A DNA stretch of 20,000 nt from an uncultured virus (IMG/VR IMGVR_UViG_3300046047_000046) (Duplodnaviria; Heunggongvirae; Uroviricota; Caudoviricetes; Crassvirales): positions 56,161 to 76,160 of the IMG/VR virus record IMGVR_UViG_3300046047_000046; one strand, written 5' to 3'. How positions within the stretch are numbered: the stretch's first letter is position 1; each line of letters starts with the position of its first letter. Positions 1-8,017 of the stretch are shown here, one piece after another. The translations under genes and the position numbers were made by a program. The notes under the pieces were generated by a model that worked only from the letters and a program-made list of their open reading frames with translations, was not told the DNA's origin and made no database searches.

Positions 1-643
1 ATTTAGTTACTTCTCTTGAAGCCCTGTCTTTACTATATCCTCTATTAATAAAATCTTGAAATATCAGCTGCTTCCTAAGATTTTCACCATTAACTTCATC
101 TGATATTTTATCATCTCCAATAGAATCTAAGTAAGAGATAGTGGATTCATATTTTTTAATATCATCAGATTCTACTCCTGCATTAAGAGCATTGTCAATT
201 CTCTTTTGCTTTTCTGTAAGTCCTGCCTGTATTTGCTTATCTACAAGTTCTCTAAATTCAGATGGCTTATTAATTTTTGAATATTCTTCTTCATTAAGGT
301 CTGGGAAGATTCCTTCTTCTTTTAGAGCTTTAGCAATGGAAGAGTAGAAATTTTTAGGAGAAGTACTATCACCTTTATCAGGAGAAGTATCTTCCTTTCC
401 CTCAATGTCTTCTTTTTCACTACCTACGCTCTCTGGTTTATCAGTAAATAAATTGTCTACATCAATAACCTCAGTAGTTTTATCTTTATCTTTATCACCT
501 GTATCATCAGGCTCTTTGTTATCTTCCTTATCTTCTTTATCAGAAGTAGAAGACTCTTTAACATCATTATTACTTGGCTCTTCAAAGAGATTTTCAATCT
601 CATTAGAGTCCAGTATGTTGTCAATACTTAATTCACCCTTCAT
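1..643 (-). CDS. Acidic N-terminal, helical protein, truncated by the window edge; likely the crAss-like scaffold/head-assembly gene that precedes the major capsid protein
   Basis: Not in the ORF track because it has no stop in the window. Hand translation from ATG at 643: MKGELSIDNILDSNEIENLFEEP...(D/E/K-rich)...FYSSIAKALKEEGIFPDL...LRKQLIFQDFINRGYSKDRASREVTK, open to position 1. An AGGAG lies ~8 nt upstream and a promoter at 675-705. Function is inferred from composition and gene order only. Confidence 0.75.
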   Translation of the reverse strand, partial: MKGELSIDNILDSNEIENLFEEPSNNDVKESSTSDKEDKEDNKEPDDTGDKDKDKTTEVIDVDNLFTDKPESVGSEKEDIEGKEDTSPDKGDSTSPKNFYSSIAKALKEEGIFPDLNEEEYSKINKPSEFRELVDKQIQAGLTEKQKRIDNALNAGVESDDIKKYESTISYLDSIGDDKISDEVNGENLRKQLIFQDFINRGYSKDRASREVTK

Positions 644-674
644 ATTAATTTCTCCTAAATTAAATTATTTAGTG

Positions 675-705
675 CAAAGTTAAATGAAAGTAAGTCTATT
701 TACAA
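675..705 (-). promoter_or_regulatory. Bacteroidota-type sigma promoter (-33 TTG / -7 TAACTTTG)
   Basis: Minus strand TTG-N20-TAACTTTG, intergenic, directly upstream of the 643 ATG. Same 20-nt spacing as four other sites. Confidence 0.75.
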
Positions 706-753
706 TATTTTAATTAAATTACTAAGATAAGTATTATAAAAGTATTTATACTT

Positions 754-858
754 TTACTTCTTTTTGCTATTAGACTTTCCTTTAAGTTTCCCACCACAAG
801 CAAACACTCTCTTCTTTACTGTAGTGGTACTCTTTTTACAGCATCCTTTGCCTTTCAT
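754..858 (-). CDS. Small basic 34-aa peptide MKGKGCCKKSTTTVKKRVFACGGKLKGKSNSKKK
   Basis: ATG at 858 to TAA at 754, AT-rich leader, co-directional and 17 nt after the 876..1325 gene. Below the ORF-track length cutoff. Confidence 0.6.
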   Translation of the reverse strand: MKGKGCCKKSTTTVKKRVFACGGKLKGKSNSKKK

Positions 859-875
859 ACTCTATATAATTAGAA

Positions 876-1325
876 TTAAATAATTTCTATTGTCAGACTA
901 CTGGCTTCTAAAAGTCTTTGGTATAATCTTTTAAATGTGCTTTGACTATTAATTACCATACCCTTAACTTTATTTTCACCAACTAAAATACATCCATAGG
1001 TATCATCTGAAGTATTTCCAGGATGAATTAAAACACCATCAAATCCTATCACATTAAGAAGTCTTGGTATCTTACCATTGTATTGTGCTGCCCACTTTCT
1101 ATTCTTAAACTTAGAGCTGACAATATTCATAGATACATTATATACTCCAGTAGGTATAGCAGTCTTACCATAAACCTTTTTATCAGTAATCTCATTATAT
1201 GACATTGTAGATGAAAGACCTCTATCAGTATCTTCAAGAGTGTCACAAAAGTATTCACCATCTATACTTAAACTTCCTATAGTATATTCACTTCCTTTAT
1301 ATCTTCTATTAAGTAGTAATTTCAT
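876..1325 (-). CDS. Putative endolysin/peptidoglycan-active enzyme (DUF5675-like; L,D-transpeptidase-like H...GC motif)
   Basis: Motifs TIGSL..DGEYFCDTLED, TAIPTGVY and LIHPGN...TYGCILVG. Overlaps the upstream holin-like gene. Confidence 0.65.
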   Translation of the reverse strand: MKLLLNRRYKGSEYTIGSLSIDGEYFCDTLEDTDRGLSSTMSYNEITDKKVYGKTAIPTGVYNVSMNIVSSKFKNRKWAAQYNGKIPRLLNVIGFDGVLIHPGNTSDDTYGCILVGENKVKGMVINSQSTFKRLYQRLLEASSLTIEII

Positions 1326-1680
1326 TTAAATTCTCCTTATTGTTGTTATTGCTAATGATAATATCCTCTGTAGCATTTATTAGATTATTGTCTTTCTTTC
1401 TTATCTGGCAAGTAAAGTCAACACAAATAGAACTCATTAATTTAAACATCTGCTTTCTGATATTACTCACTTCTGCTTCAAGTAAAAGATTTCTTTTGAG
1501 CATATCATCAAGTCTTGTTTTATTATCATCAGAAAGCTTTTTATAAAACTCCAAAGAGTTCTGCATATTAGCTATTAATGAATCATCTACTTCACTATCA
1601 TATTTTCTTCTTGTAAATAACCATGTTATAATGCTACTTATAGCTGAGACTATAATACTTATTATTCCTGTACTAAGCAT
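1309..1680 (-). CDS. Holin-like membrane protein (single N-terminal TM helix, basic flank, coiled coil)
   Basis: Hydrophobic GIISIIVSAISSIITWLF followed by TRRK and a heptad-like helix. Sits between spanin-like and lysin-like genes. Confidence 0.5.
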   Translation of the reverse strand: MLSTGIISIIVSAISSIITWLFTRRKYDSEVDDSLIANMQNSLEFYKKLSDDNKTRLDDMLKRNLLLEAEVSNIRKQMFKLMSSICVDFTCQIRKKDNNLINATEDIIISNNNNKENLNEITT

Positions 1681-1720
1681 ACTTGATTGACTAATATTTT
1701 AAAGCTGTTCATACTATATA

Positions 1721-2326
1721 TTATTTTACTATTTCTATAAACTTATTCTTATTACTCTGTATATATGGATTTTCTTCTACTACAGTAATCTCGGTAATAG
1801 TCTGCTTCTTCTGAAACCATCTTAAAAGAAAGAACTTTTTTGGTGGGTTCACTGTTTCTCTTCTATTATAGAATATTATATGCTTTTTACTTATAAAAGA
1901 AGGGCAAACTCTTATTGTATTAGGATAGGATATTCCTATTTTAATAGAATACCAATTATCACCTATTACAGTATCCTTATCTATTATATTACTTTTAAAG
2001 ATAGTGTCCTTATATATAATAGTATCATTTTTTACTATAGTAGAGTTTAATGATTGAATACTTTTTATACTTTTATACTTTATATTATTCTTTTTTATAA
2101 TACTTCTAAGGTTACTTACTATAGTGTCTTTTGAGTATTTTAAGTCACTTATTGTCATTTTAAATTCTCTATTAACATTATTAACAGAGTCTGCTTCAGC
2201 AATATATGCTTTATTATTAGCTATAGCTGTTTTCCAATTATTAGTTGCAATAAGTCCTGTTCTATAGGATATACCTAGTAGTATTAAAAGAACTAAAATT
2301 ATAATAATGAGTACATAATTTTTCAT
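1721..2326 (-). CDS. N-terminally anchored periplasmic protein, candidate spanin/Rz-like lysis protein
   Basis: MKNYVLIIIILVLLILLGISY signal-anchor, then coiled coil and DT-rich beta region. First gene after the promoter at 2346-2376. Confidence 0.45.
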   Translation of the reverse strand: MKNYVLIIIILVLLILLGISYRTGLIATNNWKTAIANNKAYIAEADSVNNVNREFKMTISDLKYSKDTIVSNLRSIIKKNNIKYKSIKSIQSLNSTIVKNDTIIYKDTIFKSNIIDKDTVIGDNWYSIKIGISYPNTIRVCPSFISKKHIIFYNRRETVNPPKKFFLLRWFQKKQTITEITVVEENPYIQSNKNKFIEIVK

Positions 2327-2345
2327 TCTGCTATAATTTTGGTTA

Positions 2346-2376
2346 CAAAACTATAAAAAGTAAATCACCTATACAA
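2346..2376 (-). promoter_or_regulatory. Bacteroidota-type promoter driving the lysis cassette
   Basis: Minus strand TTG-N20-TAGTTTTG, intergenic. Confidence 0.75.
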
Positions 2377-2416
2377 TAGTATAAGTGATTTATTAATGTT
2401 TTAATTTATATATTTA

Positions 2417-3943
2417 TTATGCCTCTATCCAACTTTGCTCAATAGCATATAAAGTACTTTTATAAATAGTTATATATTTATATGTTGTTCCATCATCAAT
2501 GTCATATTCAGAATAGAAAGAAACAATAACTAATTGATCCCTCTTAAAATCTGCTATGTAGAAAGAAGTTGCTCCTTGTGTACTATTAGAATTATGACCT
2601 AAATTGTAGTATCTACTAACAATAGAACTTTTATCCTTAGTTACTATATTATTAAACACACAATCATCTTTTAAGAATAAGCTCTTAAGAGAAGCAAAAG
2701 TGTACTTAGTTCCTGAGTCAGCATTAGGGTCATCCTCAGTATTTATAATAGATTCAGATATTGATGTACCACTTGCTGCATCTAATATAAATGATGGCAT
2801 CTTATACACAAGCTTTATATCAATATTTTTATTACTGTCAATATTTAACTGTGTACTATCAAGACTTATAGTTTTAATAGGAATATCTGGAATAAAAAGA
2901 TTTTTTCTACTTACATTTACTGTAATAGAAGAAACAGTTTCTCCACTTGTAATATTAAAAGTAAGAGTCAAAAGAATATTATTTTTAAAGTCTGCTAAAC
3001 AAATAGTAGAAATTTTACTAAATTTACTAGTATAGCTAATAGTAGTAAAATACTCTATACTAGAGCCAGTAGAAGAGCCAATAATATATTTATAAATGCA
3101 ATCAGGTATTTCAAATAATTGTAAGAATGTCTCTAATGTATAATTAGCACCTGTACTTGAATTTGGATCTAAAGCTCCTGTAATAGTTGTAGAATCAAAA
3201 GAAGAACCATCTGCTGCATCTACTATAAAAGAAGGCAATTTATATACAGACTTAATATTAACATTTTTATTACTATCTATTTCTAATGCTTCATTATTAA
3301 AGCTTATAGTTTTAATAGGTGTATCAGTTATAGAAAGGGACTTCTTTGTTATAGAAACTACAATGGAAGAAACTATTCCTCCAGAACTTGTAATATTAAA
3401 AGTAAGAGTTAAGTATGTATTACTTTTAAAATCAGCTAATTCAAAAGTAGATACATTACCAGATTGTGTAGTCTTACCTATAGCATTAAAGTAACTTATT
3501 TCAGAGTTTGCCGAAGAGTTAAGAACATACTTATATAGGCAATTAGGAATATCAAATAATTGTAAAAATGTCTTTAGAGTATATTTACTACCAGTATCAG
3601 AATTTGGATCATATGCTGCTAAAATATCATCACTGCTAAAAGATGATCCATCAGTAGCTGTTGCTATAAATGATGGTAAAAAGTATATAGACTTTATATC
3701 AACTAAACCAGCAGAAGAAATTGCTTGACTATTTCCATCCAAAGCAATAGATTTTATAGTAGAATCTCCTCCTGCTCCTGAATAAATGTCATCTAATATA
3801 GAGTATAAAGACTTATCAGCAGTTATACTATGTGCTGAATTTACATATCCATATACTGCTTTAGCATGAGTTACCGGATATATCTCTTCCTGACCTAAAG
3901 TTCCTATAAGTTCAGAACCTATTATTTTTCTTATTGTACCCAT
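2417..3943 (-). CDS. Virion fibre-like protein with three tandem ~145-aa repeats
   Basis: N-terminal IYPVTHAKAVY motif, then three copies of IK(S/T)I...IK..Y.(L/M)PSFI..A..G.S......DPN..(T/S)G..YT...LF....C. Confidence 0.6.
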   Translation of the reverse strand: MGTIRKIIGSELIGTLGQEEIYPVTHAKAVYGYVNSAHSITADKSLYSILDDIYSGAGGDSTIKSIALDGNSQAISSAGLVDIKSIYFLPSFIATATDGSSFSSDDILAAYDPNSDTGSKYTLKTFLQLFDIPNCLYKYVLNSSANSEISYFNAIGKTTQSGNVSTFELADFKSNTYLTLTFNITSSGGIVSSIVVSITKKSLSITDTPIKTISFNNEALEIDSNKNVNIKSVYKLPSFIVDAADGSSFDSTTITGALDPNSSTGANYTLETFLQLFEIPDCIYKYIIGSSTGSSIEYFTTISYTSKFSKISTICLADFKNNILLTLTFNITSGETVSSITVNVSRKNLFIPDIPIKTISLDSTQLNIDSNKNIDIKLVYKMPSFILDAASGTSISESIINTEDDPNADSGTKYTFASLKSLFLKDDCVFNNIVTKDKSSIVSRYYNLGHNSNSTQGATSFYIADFKRDQLVIVSFYSEYDIDDGTTYKYITIYKSTLYAIEQSWIEA

Positions 3944-3945
3944 AA

Positions 3946-4776
3946 TTATAATCCTAATTTATTTTCAATAATCTTTAATCTGTCATTCAAACTGTGAACA
4001 GCACTGAGAGCTATCATTGATAACTTACCATAGTCTACTGCAAGATAACCATTCTTATCTTCTTTTACTATTTCAGGACAAATTTTCTGTATTTCCTGTG
4101 CCGAAGTTCCTAGTTGAGTTTCTCCTGGCTTATCCTTATACTCAAAGAATTTAATAGGAATTTCAAGAATATCATCTATATCGAATTTAGCATCAGATAT
4201 AAAGTTCTTAAGTCTTTCATCTGAAGATTGTACAAATGCAACAGCAGTAATACTTCCTGTGGAAGTATCACTTTTATCTTTTCTTAAGTACATAGTATCC
4301 AGTACTGCATCAACTGTCATATCTGGAGGTAAAACAGTAGACCAATCAAGCTTTAAAGTACCATCAGCTCCTACCATAATACCATTACCATCTCCACTTG
4401 CAGTAGCAGCTTTAACTCCACCAAGTGCTGAAGCTGTAGCTATAGGAAGAGTGTACTTACTTAATCCATTAAGCTTTAATTTATCTGCACCTGACATTAA
4501 GCCAGGGTTTCCAGAAGATGCTACTGCTATATTAATTGTAAAGTTTCCATTTGTAGTCTTTAAAGCAATTATACCACTATCATCTGCAACAGAGGGAATA
4601 AAATGTGCTTCTGTAATTGCACCATTATTAACTAAATTAGTAAGGGTATCACTAATTCCATAGGCAATACCATTTACTAATATTTCCTTAGTATCTGTTA
4701 CAAAATATACATCATCTCTGTAAGTAGCTGCATCATACTTAGCTTTTGCTCCTCTTGCAAATTTTACTTCTGCCAT
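3946..4776 (-). CDS. Tail/head fibre protein with C-terminal intramolecular chaperone (peptidase S74-like) domain
   Basis: Fibre motifs GLMSGADKLKLNGL and YTLPIATASALGGVK. C-terminal SDERLK...LGTSAQEIQKICPEIV...AVDYGKL is typical of S74 autocleaving chaperones. Confidence 0.8.
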   Translation of the reverse strand: MAEVKFARGAKAKYDAATYRDDVYFVTDTKEILVNGIAYGISDTLTNLVNNGAITEAHFIPSVADDSGIIALKTTNGNFTINIAVASSGNPGLMSGADKLKLNGLSKYTLPIATASALGGVKAATASGDGNGIMVGADGTLKLDWSTVLPPDMTVDAVLDTMYLRKDKSDTSTGSITAVAFVQSSDERLKNFISDAKFDIDDILEIPIKFFEYKDKPGETQLGTSAQEIQKICPEIVKEDKNGYLAVDYGKLSMIALSAVHSLNDRLKIIENKLGL

Positions 4777-4818
4777 ATATTTATTTATTAATTAATTATT
4801 AAATTATTATATATTAAG

Positions 4819-4881
4819 GTGACTAACAGTCACTTATGATTTAATTATAGAAGAGATTTTAATGTTAAAACCTCTCCTATA
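4819..4881 (-). terminator. Two intergenic RNA hairpins (terminator or processing site)
   Basis: Minus strand TATAGGAGAGGTTTTA/TAAAATCTCTTCTATA stem with G-U pairs (4846-4881), then GTGACT-GTT-AGTCAC (4819-4833). No strong U-tract. Confidence 0.45.
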
Positions 4882-4899
4882 AATATTAATAGAATTGTA

Positions 4900-5184
4900 T
4901 TATAGTACTCCCATTATAGCACCAATAGTAGCACCAAAAACATCTGCCTTTATATCCATCCAATCAAACTTTTCACCATTCTTCTTATCCCAGAGTTCCT
5001 TTATAATCCCAACAGCAGTACCAAAAGCAAATCCTGCTATCAGTGAATATGCACATCCTAAATTACATACTTTTAGTATTTCTGTAATGATAAAGGATAT
5101 AAGCATTACAAGATTAAAGTGCATCCATTTATCCACCTCTATCTTAGATAAGTAATTTGAAATTTTCTCAAATACCTTTCTCAT
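4900..5184 (-). CDS. Small membrane protein (VanZ/YfiM-like DKxxHF...KExxD...DxxAD pattern)
   Basis: DKWMHF, GIIKELWD, FDWMDIKADVFG and three hydrophobic segments. Confidence 0.55.
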   Translation of the reverse strand: MRKVFEKISNYLSKIEVDKWMHFNLVMLISFIITEILKVCNLGCAYSLIAGFAFGTAVGIIKELWDKKNGEKFDWMDIKADVFGATIGAIMGVL

Positions 5185-5187
5185 TAT

Positions 5188-5442
5188 TTACCATATTATA
5201 ATTGATACTAATATAGATATAACACTTCCTATAACCCATGAAATAGGATTCCACAGATTAAACTTTTTATTATACATTAAAACATTCATTACTTCAGTAA
5301 ATGCACCACATACAGCAGCTATACCAAGTGCTAATATCCATGCATTCTGCCCATCTAATGTATGCTCCTGCAATAATGCTAAAAATCCAAGTACTGCACC
5401 AACAATACCAAATAACCATTTGCAACTTAATACTTTTTCCAT
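5188..5442 (-). CDS. Small three-TM membrane protein
   Basis: Three hydrophobic helices; 3-nt gap to the next gene. Confidence 0.6.
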   Translation of the reverse strand: MEKVLSCKWLFGIVGAVLGFLALLQEHTLDGQNAWILALGIAAVCGAFTEVMNVLMYNKKFNLWNPISWVIGSVISILVSIIIW

Positions 5443-5474
5443 AATTTTATAATTTTATTAATTAACTAAAATAT

Positions 5475-5777
5475 TTATAACTTATTATTACTACTGCTTT
5501 TATAATTAAAATAGTCTTTACCAAACATCCTTACACTGATATAATAAAGTAGTGCAAAGCAATGAAGCCATATTGTTTTAAAAGGACTTACTTCTTCTTG
5601 AAATATAATCTTTTCAATATTATGAAATAGTGTATTATCAGCTATAAGTCTACTTGCTTCATCTCCACCTATATCATAATCATCATCATGGCAACAACAT
5701 GCAGCATAGAATTTATCAGCATAAGGTGGCTTAAACCACTTTAATATCCCAGTCTGGCATCCACATCCTCTGCTCAT
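5475..5777 (-). CDS. Phospholipase A2-like/DUF1353-like small protein
   Basis: GCG...F.AACCCHDDDY..GG....R..AD..LF matches the CxxHDxxY pattern of the PLA2-like superfamily. ATGA overlap with the upstream gene. Confidence 0.55.
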   Translation of the reverse strand: MSRGCGCQTGILKWFKPPYADKFYAACCCHDDDYDIGGDEASRLIADNTLFHNIEKIIFQEEVSPFKTIWLHCFALLYYISVRMFGKDYFNYKSSSNNKL

Positions 5778-6292
5778 TGTAATAAATTCTCATATACACT
5801 CCAGTCAATTGCATTTTTTGTAGTCCAGCCAACAGAAAGTGTATCCTGTACATATTTTAATCCTTTCAGATAAAAATCTGCCAACGTAGTAATGTCTGTG
5901 AATGTATAATAATCATTATTATAATTATCTCCAAATTTTACAATAAATCCATTTGTAGGCATTCCATTTGCTACATAGGCATCATAAGCAGCTTTATAAT
6001 TAAACTGATTCTCAGAACTCAGCCAGACATTATGCTCTTTTTTTGCTGAGTCAATCCACACAAAACCTGATAATATAGCTTTATCTGTTTGCTTATTGTA
6101 AAAGTCAGTTATACTTTCTTTTATTTTCTCTATCAATAATTCTTTTGAACTACCAATTAAATCAAAAACTTGACATAAACATGTCACTCCATCATCATTA
6201 TCTTTTTTATCAAAATATACACGCCATTTATCTTTACTTATCTTAATCATAGGCGTATAATCTGTAATCTTAACTAATGTCTTTACTATCAT
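5774..6292 (-). CDS. Phage fibre-associated protein (DUF4376-like, possible fibre assembly chaperone)
   Basis: VWLSSENQFNYKAAYD and GW..K..IDWS.Y motifs. Overlaps the RT stop by 23 nt. Confidence 0.5.
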   Translation of the reverse strand: MIVKTLVKITDYTPMIKISKDKWRVYFDKKDNDDGVTCLCQVFDLIGSSKELLIEKIKESITDFYNKQTDKAILSGFVWIDSAKKEHNVWLSSENQFNYKAAYDAYVANGMPTNGFIVKFGDNYNNDYYTFTDITTLADFYLKGLKYVQDTLSVGWTTKNAIDWSVYENLLQ

Positions 6293-7412
6293 ATCTCTTT
6301 AATTTAAAATATTTATAATGTCCCTGTATATATAATTTATTAAATACCTTATGTGGTAATATCTTTATAAGTTTTGTTCTTATATTATAGGAGCAGAAAT
6401 GTTGCATTATACCAAAATAAGAATTTAATGTCATCATTGTACTCTCTGCACTAATCTTTCTTCTATATAGTGAGATAATAAATCTGTATGTATTATTTAC
6501 TACTCTATTAGCTATATAACTTCTGTCTTTATATACCACTGCACCACATGTTTTTATTCCATGGTAGGCTGGTTGAAAATATATTTTATCCATTTTTAGG
6601 CAAAGTTCTTTTTTTAGAAGAAGATTTCTTGAATATTCTACTGCCTTTAGTAATTCAGAATGCTTTCCAATAATATAAAAATCATCCATGTAGATTCCAA
6701 TATATTTATATCTAGCTTTTAAACAGTTTCCAAAATCTTTAAGAATTAATAAGGCTGACCATTGTGATACTAAATCTCCTATAGGTAAACCTTTATTTTT
6801 TCCATTTGTATATAAAGACTTATAACTAGGAATTAGATTCCACATAGATATAGGACTCTTTCTTATTGAATGATTTTCAGGTTCATAATATATAAGTAAT
6901 TTAATTATATAATTAAGTTCTTCTTTATAATCTCCACTATATATATCAATTACTTTTTTCCATTCATTCCAAACTATATCTTTATTAAGTGACATGAAAA
7001 AAGATTTAATATCTCCTCCAAAAATCCAACTATCATTACCATATTCTTTATAAGAATCTATCATATCCTGCTTTAATACAGAATGATATTGATTTAGTCC
7101 CTTACCTTTTCTACAGTTATACATCCTATTAGGCAATATACTTTCAATAGTAGGTCTTAAAAACATAACTACTAAAGTATCAAGTATTCTTTTATTTATA
7201 CTTCCTGCAAAAACTTCTCTTGGTTTAGGCTTAGTAACTATGAATGAGTTACTTTCACCTAAATCAACAGTTTGGTTTATAACAGACTCTCGGAGCAAAT
7301 GAAGGTTATATCTGAAATCACTTTCAAATATAATTTGTGAACTAGATTTTCTACAATGTTTTCTAAAAATAAAGTAGGCATTGTAATATTGATTTATATC
7401 TATATGTTTCAT
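6270..7412 (-). CDS. DGR reverse transcriptase (380 aa from ATG 7412; the frame stays open upstream through TR to TTG 7526)
   Basis: PKPREVFA, YNCRKGKG, GGDIKSFF, GLPIGDLVSQ (DGR-type GxxxSQ) and catalytic YMDD. No maturase/endonuclease tail. Adjacent TR and avd. Confidence 0.95.
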   Translation of the reverse strand: MKHIDINQYYNAYFIFRKHCRKSSSQIIFESDFRYNLHLLRESVINQTVDLGESNSFIVTKPKPREVFAGSINKRILDTLVVMFLRPTIESILPNRMYNCRKGKGLNQYHSVLKQDMIDSYKEYGNDSWIFGGDIKSFFMSLNKDIVWNEWKKVIDIYSGDYKEELNYIIKLLIYYEPENHSIRKSPISMWNLIPSYKSLYTNGKNKGLPIGDLVSQWSALLILKDFGNCLKARYKYIGIYMDDFYIIGKHSELLKAVEYSRNLLLKKELCLKMDKIYFQPAYHGIKTCGAVVYKDRSYIANRVVNNTYRFIISLYRRKISAESTMMTLNSYFGIMQHFCSYNIRTKLIKILPHKVFNKLYIQGHYKYFKLKRYDSKDIS

Positions 7413-7425
7413 ATATTTTTGTAAA

Positions 7426-7524
7426 GATTCACATACTGCGAACACAGAGTTGTTGTTGTTCTTGTCATTGTTGTTCACTGTCAAAGAAGAAAAGTTACAA
7501 TTCCATGTGTTGTTGGCATTATTC
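7426..7524 (-). repeat. DGR template repeat (TR), 99 nt
   Basis: G AAT AAT GCC AAC AAC ACA TGG AAT TGT AAC TTT TCT TCT TTG ACA GTG AAC AAC AAT GAC AAG AAC AAC AAC AAC TCT GTG TTC GCA GTA TGT GAA TC. Contains 13 AAY codons and aligns to 8022-8123 with substitutions only at TR adenines. Confidence 0.95.
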
Positions 7525-7623
7525 AATAACTAATATATCTTAACTGTTTATAAAACAGTGTATTGTCCATCTTTATTTAAAATATTTTCTCTATATGAGT
7601 TCATAAAAATTTTATGCTTGTCA

Positions 7624-8016
7624 TTAGATTCTATTTATTACCTTCATTTTCTCTTCAAGTTTTACTCTAGCACTTATTATCAGTTCTCCAATATGACTTT
7701 CAGATAAATCGGAAATTAATCTTTCAGTCTTACTTTTTTGATTAACTTTATTTACTACAAAAATATATTCTCCCTCACATATATTAAGATTTGCTTCTAA
7801 TAATGTAAGATTATCATAACATTCTTCTAGCTTTTTAAGTTTTTCTGTATCATCTTTAGCTCTTTCTTCAAAAATAATACATTTTAAACAATTAGAAGCA
7901 CAAACTCTAATATCTGCACCATAAGTATATTTAATATCTTTAGGTAAATGTTTTGTGATAGTATATAATAGTTTTGCAAGTTCTAATAATACACTATATA
8001 AATTAAGCTTTCTCAT
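7624..8016 (-). CDS. avd: DGR accessory variability determinant (Avd-like four-helix bundle), 130 aa
   Basis: Probable start ATG 8016 (MRKLNLY...), 1 nt after the target stop. LPKDIKYTYGADIR motif, all-helical, located between VR and TR as in canonical DGRs. Confidence 0.8.
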   Translation of the reverse strand: MRKLNLYSVLLELAKLLYTITKHLPKDIKYTYGADIRVCASNCLKCIIFEERAKDDTEKLKKLEECYDNLTLLEANLNICEGEYIFVVNKVNQKSKTERLISDLSESHIGELIISARVKLEEKMKVINRI

Positions 8017-8017
8017 A

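Noticed and set aside
6270..7526. RT as a group II intron, retron or Abi RT
   Set aside because: The GxxxSQ motif, the absence of maturase/endonuclease domains and the adenine-specific TR/VR pair with avd identify it as a DGR RT.
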